Shown: in pieces, positions 1 to 7,267 of the stretch
Position numbering within the stretch: the first letter of the stretch is position 1
How the letters are laid out: the number at the start of each line of letters is the position of its first letter
NCBI RefSeq assembly: GCF_004376175.1
Contig: NZ_SNUY01000007.1
Coordinates: 31,213-63,212, forward strand
Length of the DNA stretch: 32,000 nucleotides
Source of the DNA: Halalkalibacterium halodurans
Lineage (GTDB): Bacteria; Bacillota; Bacilli; Bacillales; Bacillaceae_D
Reading direction: 5' to 3'
Translations under genes and position numbers: made by a program
The notes under the pieces: generated by a model
Told to the model about the DNA's origin: nothing
The model's database searches: none
Seen by the model: the letters and a program-made list of their open reading frames with translations, nothing else

Positions 1-942
1 GTCGAGGAAGGCGATGAAATTGATGAGGAGACACCTCTTTTTGAATACGAATTAAACGAGGATATCGATGATGAGCGAGATCAACTCCAGCTCCAATTAG
101 ATCTAGCATACTTGCAAATCAACGAGTCAGAGAAAAAGAAACAGAAGCTAGACAAATCAATTAAGAATGCAGTGGATGATGAAGAAAAGGAAATGCTTGA
201 AGAGGAGCGCGCACAGCTAGATTTTGAGTTACGCCAGCTTAATTTAGAAGCTGCGCAAACAAAGAAACAACTAGACCGTCTCGTGCCGGCTGAGGAAGAA
301 GCGATCGTGATGAGTAAAAGCAGCGGGATCGTGCAGTCAATCAATCAAGATTTAGTTGAAGGGATGCAAGGTGAAGCGATGAATTCACCGTTTATTCAAG
401 TCGTCTCAACGGGCTCTTATCTTGTAAAAAGCCAAGTTAATGAATTTATTCTTGATACACTTGAAGTGGACATGCCAGTAAAAATCACAAAGAAAACAGG
501 TGGAGACGAGGAATGGGTTGGTGTGATTACCGATATCGGTAAAATTCCTGTTGGCAGTGATCAGGACGACATGGGGTACGACATGTACGATTCAAATCCT
601 CAATCTTCAAATTATCCGTTCACTGTTCGAATTGATGAACATGAAGGGCTTGAAATTGGCTTTCATGTCAACATCGAACCAGTGCTTCATGATGAAGAGG
701 GCGGAACGGTCGTCCTTTTTGAAGAATATGTACAGTTCGATGACGATGGACAAGCTTTTGTATGGGTAGCTGATGAAAACTTGTTAACCGCCAAACGATT
801 TGTTGAAACAGGAGCTAGTGATCCTGAAAACTTTACAATTGAAATCGTTGACGGCTTAACGGAAGATGATATTATCGTAGGCCCTAGTCCTTCGCTCGAA
901 GAAGGAAGAGAGGTTATGATGTATGATGATTTCCTTGAATAA
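1..942 (+). CDS. Efflux transporter periplasmic adaptor / membrane-fusion protein (HlyD/MacA/YknX-like), 5'-truncated by the window edge
   Basis: Frame 1 is open from base 1 (VEEGDEIDEETPLF...), so the TTG at 112 in the ORF track is not the real start. A K/E-rich coiled-coil stretch (EKKKQKLDKSIKNAVDDEEKEMLEEERAQLDFELRQLNLEAAQTKKQLDRL) is followed by a beta-rich C-terminal part. The 3' end overlaps the next gene, a MacB-type ABC ATPase, by 20 nt. This gives the classic adaptor-ATPase-permease order. Confidence 0.75.
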   Translation, partial: VEEGDEIDEETPLFEYELNEDIDDERDQLQLQLDLAYLQINESEKKKQKLDKSIKNAVDDEEKEMLEEERAQLDFELRQLNLEAAQTKKQLDRLVPAEEEAIVMSKSSGIVQSINQDLVEGMQGEAMNSPFIQVVSTGSYLVKSQVNEFILDTLEVDMPVKITKKTGGDEEWVGVITDIGKIPVGSDQDDMGYDMYDSNPQSSNYPFTVRIDEHEGLEIGFHVNIEPVLHDEEGGTVVLFEEYVQFDDDGQAFVWVADENLLTAKRFVETGASDPENFTIEIVDGLTEDDIIVGPSPSLEEGREVMMYDDFLE

Positions 943-1609
943 CATTTCAAAGTCGTACAAGCTAGGAAAAGAGGAAGTCCCAATTTTAAAAAACATCTCC
1001 CTATCGATTAAGGAAGGCGAGTTTGTCGCCATTATGGGCCCTTCTGGGTCTGGGAAATCGACACTCATGAACATTCTCGGCTGCCTCGATCGGCCTTCGA
1101 CAGGTCATTACTTACTCGATGGGCAAGATTTATTAACGCGAAAAGACGGCTTACTTGCAGACATTCGCAACCGCTCGATCGGCTTTGTCTTTCAACAGTT
1201 CCACCTGTTACCTCGGCAAACGGCGCTACAAAATGTCGAATTGCCTCTTGTCTACGCAAAGGCGAAAAAACAAGAACGGCGTGAGCGAGCGCTAGACGCA
1301 TTAAAAAAAGTAGGTCTTGAGGACCGGGTGCGCTTTAAGCCCACACAGCTTTCTGGAGGACAAAAACAACGCGTGGCTATCGCTCGTGCGTTAGTCACCA
1401 ATCCTCGATTTATTTTAGCCGATGAGCCGACAGGCGCCTTAGACTCTCGGTCCAGCGAACAGGTATTAGAGCTATTTTCTTCTCTTCATCAAGAAGGAAA
1501 GACTGTCGTGATGATTACACATGACCACGACGTTGCAAAAAAGGCAGAGCGTACGATCTTCATTCGTGACGGCGAACTACTCACGGAGGAGGAGACGTCT
1601 CATGTTTGA
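923..1609 (+). CDS. ABC transporter ATP-binding protein, MacB/FtsE/YknY type
   Basis: Walker [11 protein letters not shown]-loop [11 protein letters not shown] signature [15 protein letters not shown], Walker [13 protein letters not shown] and H-loop ITHD are all present. The stop codon overlaps the ATG of the permease gene (cATGtttTGA). Confidence 0.95.
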   Translation: MMISLNNISKSYKLGKEEVPILKNISLSIKEGEFVAIMGPSGSGKSTLMNILGCLDRPSTGHYLLDGQDLLTRKDGLLADIRNRSIGFVFQQFHLLPRQTALQNVELPLVYAKAKKQERRERALDALKKVGLEDRVRFKPTQLSGGQKQRVAIARALVTNPRFILADEPTGALDSRSSEQVLELFSSLHQEGKTVVMITHDHDVAKKAERTIFIRDGELLTEEETSHV

Positions 1610-2843
1610 ACATATTCGCATATCGTTTCAATCGATCTTTGCTCATAAGCTTCGCTCCGCTCTTACGATGTTAGGAGTCATTATTGGGATCGCCGCCATT
1701 ATTGCGATTGTGTCCATTATTGAAGGACAAAGTGAAGCATTGAAAAGTTCTATGATTGGTTTAGGGAACAATACGATTAATGTTGTTTATGAAAGTACGG
1801 ACATGATCCGCGGCAGGGGTGAAGATCACTATTATTACGAAACGACCTCGTACATGGCAGCACCTCCAATTGAGGAGGAGACGGTCGAAGCGATTCGTTC
1901 CTATCCAATGGTGAATCAGATATCCCTTTACCATGAATCGTGGAATACACAGGCTTATCATATGACGAACTCATCCTACCCACAAATGTTCGGTGTGGAC
2001 GAGACATTTTTAGAGCTTTTTCCGATCTATATGGTCGAAGGGCGGACGTTCCGACCAGGCGAGTTTGACTCGAAAAACCAAATCATCCTTATAAGTGAAG
2101 GCGCAAGAGATGAGCTATTCCCTGATGGAGATGCCGTGAATCAACTTGTCGATTTGTCTGGTATTCCATTTCGTGTCGTCGGTGTCTTCTCAGAACGAAC
2201 GGAAGATGACTGGCTTTACGGTGGTTGGTCACAGCCAAAGATCTATGTACCAAAAGGGGTTTGGCCATTACTTGAAGGTTTTGATAGCCCCACGCAAATC
2301 GCAGTGCAGGCCACCTCTTCCGATCATATTCAGGAGGCAGGAGAACTAGCGGCCATCCATTTAAACAGTGATTTAAGTCCATACGAAATGGAAGCCGCTC
2401 AGTATACGGTTGCTGACATGGAAGCTATCGCAGAAGAAATGGCCGAATTTAACCGAGCATTTGCATTGTTACTCGGTGGAATCGCCAGCATTTCCTTATT
2501 AGTTGGCGGCATCGGGGTGATGAACATTATGCTCGTGTCCGTCACAGAACGAACACGGGAAATCGGAATTAAAAAAGCGCTCGGAGCAAAACGACACGTT
2601 ATTCTCCTTCAGTTTTTGACGGAAGCCGTTGTCCTTACAAGCTTAGGAGGAGCGCTCGGAATTTTACTCGGGCTTGGCGGAGCGAAAGTGATTTCCTCCT
2701 TCATCGGAATGCCTTTTATTATTTCCCTTCCAGCTGTCATCGGTGGTTTATTGTTTTCGATGATCGTCGGAATCATCTTCGGCTTTTTGCCGTCCTTTAA
2801 AGCATCAAATTTACAGCCAGTAGACGCATTACGTTATGAATAA
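1602..2843 (+). CDS. ABC transporter permease, FtsX/MacB family (MacB periplasmic core domain plus FtsX C-terminal TM bundle)
   Basis: The ORF track starts at 1521, but the ATG at 1602 ([34 protein letters not shown]...) overlaps the ATPase stop and gives the typical MacB N-terminus. The protein has an N-terminal TM helix, a ~250-aa extracytoplasmic domain, then the FtsX motif region TERTREIGIKKALGAKR and 3 TM helices. Confidence 0.9.
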   Translation: MFEHIRISFQSIFAHKLRSALTMLGVIIGIAAIIAIVSIIEGQSEALKSSMIGLGNNTINVVYESTDMIRGRGEDHYYYETTSYMAAPPIEEETVEAIRSYPMVNQISLYHESWNTQAYHMTNSSYPQMFGVDETFLELFPIYMVEGRTFRPGEFDSKNQIILISEGARDELFPDGDAVNQLVDLSGIPFRVVGVFSERTEDDWLYGGWSQPKIYVPKGVWPLLEGFDSPTQIAVQATSSDHIQEAGELAAIHLNSDLSPYEMEAAQYTVADMEAIAEEMAEFNRAFALLLGGIASISLLVGGIGVMNIMLVSVTERTREIGIKKALGAKRHVILLQFLTEAVVLTSLGGALGILLGLGGAKVISSFIGMPFIISLPAVIGGLLFSMIVGIIFGFLPSFKASNLQPVDALRYE

Positions 2844-2846
2844 ACG

Positions 2847-2876
2847 AACAGCCACGCCCATAATGGTGTGGCTGTT
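2847..2876. terminator. Bidirectional stem-loop between the convergent permease and MerR genes
   Basis: AACAGCCAC (2847-2855) pairs perfectly with GTGGCTGTT (2868-2876) around a 12-nt loop. It sits between the stop at 2843 and the stop at 2877, and T/A runs flank it only weakly. Confidence 0.55.
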
Positions 2877-3635
2877 TCACTTATGATGTTCATATTGATA
2901 AGGCAAATACAACAGAGACGGATCGTTATATTCCATCATACCTACTTCAATGCACAGCTCGATCATTTGATGAACCCCGTTAAATTGTTGACGATTGCGC
3001 TGGTGGATACTCACAAGTGCCTCTTCTGTAATCTTTTTTGCTTTTTCAATGCTTTGATGTTCAACCGCATCAACGACTTCCTTCATCTTATCTAGAAAGT
3101 AGACCGTTTTTCTTAACGTCCGAATCAATAAAATTTGTCGTATATGGACAGGTGTATATAATCTATACCCGTTCTCGAGATTCCGCTCTGGTGAGAGAAG
3201 GCCTTCCTTTTCCCAATGACGGATGGCTGACGTCTGGACATTAGTCAATTCCGCAGCCTCACCGATTGTCATTTTATTTTTAATACGCCTATTGTTCAAG
3301 GTGGTAACATCGGGTTCTTGCAGCATCGCCAACGTTTGATCCGCTAGCCGTTTTTCCTCATGCAATTTCGCTTGTTCCTCATTAACGAGCCAAAACGCCT
3401 CATTCATCTCTTTCTTTTGGATGTGTCGAAGCACGTCATAGGTCAGTTGATAGCCAAAGCCAGGAACCATGGATCGTAAACAACGAAAATAGGCAAGATG
3501 AACCTTCGTGTAGAGACGGTACCCATTCTCGGCACGCTCAGGTGCTGGGACAACTCCCCACGATTCATAGTGTCTTAATGCACTTGTACTAATATGTAGC
3601 TCATCGGCAATTTCCTTTGGCTTGAAATAGCGCAT
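2877..3635 (-). CDS. MerR-family transcriptional regulator with two tandem MerR HTH domains
   Basis: The start is taken as ATG 3635, preceded by GGAGGTGGGAGG; the ORF-track start at 3650 lies inside that SD. HTH 1 is MRYFKPKEIADELHISTSALRHYESWGVVPAPERAENGYRLYT. HTH 2 is MTIGEAAELTNVQTSAIRHWEKEGLLSPERNLENGYRLYT. Each is followed by the usual wing/helix segment. Confidence 0.85.
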   Translation of the reverse strand: MRYFKPKEIADELHISTSALRHYESWGVVPAPERAENGYRLYTKVHLAYFRCLRSMVPGFGYQLTYDVLRHIQKKEMNEAFWLVNEEQAKLHEEKRLADQTLAMLQEPDVTTLNNRRIKNKMTIGEAAELTNVQTSAIRHWEKEGLLSPERNLENGYRLYTPVHIRQILLIRTLRKTVYFLDKMKEVVDAVEHQSIEKAKKITEEALVSIHQRNRQQFNGVHQMIELCIEVGMMEYNDPSLLYLPYQYEHHK

Positions 3636-4263
3636 CCTCCCACCTCCCAATAAATTAGGTACTTTAGGTTAGCAAAAATGAAAGCAAAACACAAACCTTA
3701 CTGAAGAACATTAAAGTATAAAGAGAAACGATCCTTCAACCTATTATGCTTTATTCCTTTCTATATTGCTCTTACATCATTGTTATACCAACGATTGAGG
3801 CATTATACAGACGGGAAAAACGTTGCCATGAACTTTCCAATGGGATTCCAATTCCTAAGCAGTACATGTCCTAACGATCCGATCCATGAGCAAAGTATCT
3901 CGCTAAACTTGCTTTGCCCTCTTTCGTCCAAATATGTTAGTCTAACCGCTTTCCATAACATAACGAGCAAAACATCCATTCCCTACCATTCTCTAATTTC
4001 CTTAATTTGTATTTATTCATAGTCGTTTTATCATAGGGAAGGTTGCAAAGCTATGTCTCTTTGCAACCGTGTTCATTACAGAAAAATACTTTTTAAAGAT
4101 CATTTTTCTCCACTTAAACAGTGAAAGAATCCGTTTCCATCTAGTCTATTTACTATTTTTACATATAAAATCAAGTCATTCCATTAAACATCTCATAGAT
4201 TTGATATAAATCTACTAGTTGCCCTTATAAATACGATGAGTTTTTGATTATTTTCCTTCATCA

Positions 4264-4277
4264 TGAAATCACTTTCA
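4264..4277. promoter_or_regulatory. cre-like / LacI-type palindrome TGAAATCACTTTCA in the levansucrase upstream region
   Basis: It matches the cre consensus TGWAANCGNTNWCA at 13/14 positions, but the mismatch falls in the central CG (CA instead). It lies ~260 nt upstream of the first levansucrase start. A second palindrome, AAAACGTTTT, sits at 4287-4296. Confidence 0.3.
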
Positions 4278-4537
4278 TAAAAAGGGAAAACGTTTTTAAA
4301 TCCTAATCTGACAAGGTGCTTGTATACATTTTCCTACCTTTTCTCCCCCGTTTTCCCGTCATTGCACGGGTCTTGCGAGAAAGCTAGACTGAATGTGTAC
4401 ATCGATATTGGGGGGAGAAAGAGCGGATAGGTCTGGTCTAACAAAGTAAAAAAAGGATTAAATTTCCTCTTGATTGTCTCAGGCCTTTGTTTGCTCTGGA
4501 TGTTCCTTCACTATCAAAATCCTAAGGAGGAATGAGT

Positions 4538-5839
4538 ATGGAGAGAATGAAACCAAATGCTTGGAAAGGAGTCGTACTATCAACAGCGATCGTTGTCAGT
4601 TCGCTACTTCCTTTCACAGCACATGCAGCTGAAAGGGAGTCTGATACCCCAGTATGGACACGTCAGCACGCATCAAATTTTGTTCTTACTGAGGACAACA
4701 CGGCACCTGAAATCAATGATTTTGAACATGTGGCTCCTGATTATTGGATTTGGGATACATGGCCGTTAAAAGATCGTGATGGGAAGGTTGCTACTGTCAA
4801 TGGCTATAAGGTGGCTTTCGCTTTAACTGCTTCTAAAGAGTACACATGGCACGGACGTCACGATGTAGCAGAAATTCGTTATTTCTACTCTAAAAACGGT
4901 AAGGACTGGACGATGGGTGATATCGCCTATGATCCAGACGAAGCCTACGGTTCAAGACGTTGGGCAGGATCGGCCATCATTGATGAAAACGATCGAGTCC
5001 ATCTTTTTTACACTGCGACTGGTCGTGAAGGAGAAGAGGTACCATCCGTTGAACAGCGACTAGCCAAGGTGACATTTGACATTGAGGCGAAAAAAGGAAA
5101 CAAAGGTGTCTCGCTTTCTAATTGGGGTGAGCATGAACTGTTGCTTGAAGCAGACGGAGAATACTACGAAACAATGGATCAAGCGACGGGAGACATTCTC
5201 TATTCATTCCGCGATCCTGAGTTTTTCAAAGATCCAAAGACTGGTGAAGAGTACCTTCTCTTCGAGGGTAATACGGCTGGCTATGAAAAAGTAGTAGAAC
5301 CTCACCATATCGGAGATGAAGAATTCCGTAAAAATCATGAGGTCCCTAAGGGTGCCGAAGACTTTAACGGAAACATCGGCATTGCTAAGGCGTTAGATGA
5401 TGATTTATCCGAGTTTGAGTTACAGCCTCCTCTTCTTGAGGCAATGGGTGTGAACCAGCAGCTTGAGCGTCCACACGTACTTGAAAAAGGCGGAAAGTAT
5501 TACTTGTTCACGATTAGTCATGAGTTTACGTTTGCACCAGGATTATGGGGTCCAGATGGACTGTATGGGTTTGTCGCTGACTCACTTCATGGTGACTATA
5601 AACCATTAAATGAAAACGGACTTGTTGTCGCAAACCCTGAAAACAATCCATTCCAAGCCTATTCATGGTATGTCATGCCTAATGGAACAGTGCTCAGCTT
5701 TGTCAACGAGTTTCTTGATGTAAACGGCGACCTACAATTTGGTGGGTCATTCGCGCCAACTCTTAAACTATCCATTTCAAACGATACGACAAAAGTGACA
5801 GGTGAGCTTGGCGAAGGACAAATCATTCCTTCAAACTAA
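4538..5839 (+). CDS. Secreted GH68 levansucrase (sacB/lsc-type fructosyltransferase), paralog 1
   Basis: AAGGAGG lies 7 nt before ATG 4538; the ATG at 4532 is only 1 nt from the SD. A Sec signal peptide is present (MKPNAWKGVVLSTAIVVSSLLPFTAHA/AE). GH68 catalytic motifs are IWDTWPL (nucleophile Asp), FRDPEFF (RDP) and QLERPHV (acid/base Glu), plus KYYLFTISH and PFQAYSWYVMPNG. Confidence 0.9.
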   Translation: MERMKPNAWKGVVLSTAIVVSSLLPFTAHAAERESDTPVWTRQHASNFVLTEDNTAPEINDFEHVAPDYWIWDTWPLKDRDGKVATVNGYKVAFALTASKEYTWHGRHDVAEIRYFYSKNGKDWTMGDIAYDPDEAYGSRRWAGSAIIDENDRVHLFYTATGREGEEVPSVEQRLAKVTFDIEAKKGNKGVSLSNWGEHELLLEADGEYYETMDQATGDILYSFRDPEFFKDPKTGEEYLLFEGNTAGYEKVVEPHHIGDEEFRKNHEVPKGAEDFNGNIGIAKALDDDLSEFELQPPLLEAMGVNQQLERPHVLEKGGKYYLFTISHEFTFAPGLWGPDGLYGFVADSLHGDYKPLNENGLVVANPENNPFQAYSWYVMPNGTVLSFVNEFLDVNGDLQFGGSFAPTLKLSISNDTTKVTGELGEGQIIPSN

Positions 5840-5861
5840 AACGAATAGAGGAGGTCCAAAC

Positions 5862-7190
5862 ATGAGAAAGCAAAGCATGTTAGTGGCGACTGCAATCATC
5901 GGCCTTTCGACGATCTTTTCACCACTAGCAGATTCTGCTACGGCTGAAGATCGAACCGGTTCCAATTGGACGAGAGAGCACGTTTCAAAAATCGAATTAA
6001 ACGAACAAAACACCGCACCGATCATTAACGCTGACGAATTGGAAAAACTCGATGACGACTATCATACGTGGGACACTTGGCCGTTAAAAAACAAAGATGG
6101 CTCGGTGGCAACCGTTAACGGGTATAAAATCATTTTTGCCTTGTCGGCCCCAAGTGATGTCTTACCAGGAAAAGTCCACGACATCGCTGAAATCCGTTAT
6201 TTTTACTCGAAGAATGGCAAAGATTGGGTAAGTGGCGGTCCAGTGTTTGAGGAAGGAGACGCCCTAGGCTCAAGGCAGTGGGCTGGATCAGCGATGATCG
6301 ATGAAAATAACCAAATCCACTTCTTCTATACGGCGACTGGTCGAGAAGGTGAAGAGCCTCTTACCTATGAGCAACGATTTGCGAAAGCTTCGGCTGATGT
6401 CGTTACGTCAAAAAATGGCGTTTCGTTCGATAACTGGTCAGATCACCAGATCATCCTAGAAGCTGATGGTGAATACTATCAAACAAAAGAGCAAGGAGAT
6501 CAAGGGGATATTGCTTACGCGTTCCGTGATCCAGAATTTTTTAAGGATCCGAAATCTGGAGAAGAGTACATTATCTTTGAAGGTAATTCAAGCGGTGCAC
6601 CAGCCGACCGCTCATGCTTACCTGAACATAGCGGATCTCCAGAATTTGCTGAACATCACGAAGTTCCAGAAGGGTCTGTGTTGTTCAATGGTAGCATCGG
6701 GATCGCCAAAGTGACGAATGACGATTATACAGAATTCGAATTGCTCCCTCCTTTACTAGAGGCGAACTGCGTCAACCAAGAGCTTGAAAGGCCTCACATT
6801 ATCGTAAAAGGGAATCAATATTACTTGTTTACAGACACCCATTTTGATAAATTCGCCCCTGGTATTACAGGGCCAGAAGGGTTATATGGCTTTGTGTCTG
6901 ATGAGTTATTTGGTGACTATGAACCGTTAAATGGCAGTGGATTAGTCATTGCCAATCCTGAGGAAAACCCATTTCAAGCCTATTCCTGGTTAGTGCTGCC
7001 GAACGGTACGGTCATTAGCTTTGTCCACTTCACCGACATTGGTGACTTAACGATTGGAGACATCGGTCACCAGCCGGAGGAGTTTCAATTTGATCACTTT
7101 GGTGGTATGCCTGCCCCATCTTTAAAAATTGCATTAAACCAAGATCGCTCACGCATTGTTACTGAGTTAGGGCAAGGTGTCATTAAATAA
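5862..7190 (+). CDS. Secreted GH68 levansucrase, paralog 2
   Basis: The ATG at 5862 is preceded by GAGGAGG and lies 22 nt after the paralog 1 stop; the ORF-track start at 5802 overlaps the upstream gene. The signal peptide is MRKQSMLVATAIIGLSTIFSPLADSATA. Motifs are TWDTWPL, FRDPEFF, ELERPHI and QYYLFTDTH. It is collinear with paralog 1 throughout, with its own insertion SSGAPADRSCLPEHSGSPEF. Confidence 0.9.
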   Translation: MRKQSMLVATAIIGLSTIFSPLADSATAEDRTGSNWTREHVSKIELNEQNTAPIINADELEKLDDDYHTWDTWPLKNKDGSVATVNGYKIIFALSAPSDVLPGKVHDIAEIRYFYSKNGKDWVSGGPVFEEGDALGSRQWAGSAMIDENNQIHFFYTATGREGEEPLTYEQRFAKASADVVTSKNGVSFDNWSDHQIILEADGEYYQTKEQGDQGDIAYAFRDPEFFKDPKSGEEYIIFEGNSSGAPADRSCLPEHSGSPEFAEHHEVPEGSVLFNGSIGIAKVTNDDYTEFELLPPLLEANCVNQELERPHIIVKGNQYYLFTDTHFDKFAPGITGPEGLYGFVSDELFGDYEPLNGSGLVIANPEENPFQAYSWLVLPNGTVISFVHFTDIGDLTIGDIGHQPEEFQFDHFGGMPAPSLKIALNQDRSRIVTELGQGVIK

Positions 7191-7199
7191 TGTTCACTT

Positions 7200-7228
7200 G
7201 GAGTCAGTCTTCCCTTTAGACTGGCTCC
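7200..7228 (+). terminator. Stem-loop (partial terminator or processing site) between levansucrase 2 and the LamG-GH32 gene
   Basis: GGAGTCAGTCT (7200-7210) pairs with AGACTGGCTCC (7218-7228): 11 bp with one A/G mismatch and a 7-nt loop. The downstream sequence TCTCTATAC is only weakly U-rich, so read-through is likely. Confidence 0.4.
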
Positions 7229-7267
7229 TCTCTATACACAAGGTAAAGGAGGAGAGCGAAAAACATC

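Noticed and set aside
3780-4022. An 80-aa plus-strand ORF in the levansucrase upstream gap. A 59-aa minus-strand ORF (~3800-3980, MDVLLVMLWKAVRLTYLDERGQSKF...) overlaps it.
   Set aside because: The plus-strand ORF has an alternative start, no SD and a low-complexity Ser/Leu/Ile-rich composition typical of AT-rich non-coding DNA. The minus-strand ORF might be a gene remnant. I recognise no family for it, it has no SD, and it is bounded by a stop 2 codons upstream of its ATG.
4470-4535. A possible 21-aa leader peptide (TTG start, LIVSGLCLLWMFLHYQNPKEE) whose TGA overlaps the levansucrase start region.
   Set aside because: It has a TTG start and only a weak, distant SD (AAAGGA at 12 nt). There is no sugar- or amino-acid-related codon logic. 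It is most likely a chance ORF, mentioned only because its stop overlaps the real SD/ATG.
4300-4537. A SacY/LicT-type RAT antiterminator in the levansucrase leader, as in B. subtilis sacB.
   Set aside because: No match to the RAT core (GGATTGTTACTG...GCAGGCAAAACC) was seen. Only GATTGT occurs at ~4472, without the GCAGGCAA arm. No BglG-family antiterminator gene is in the window.
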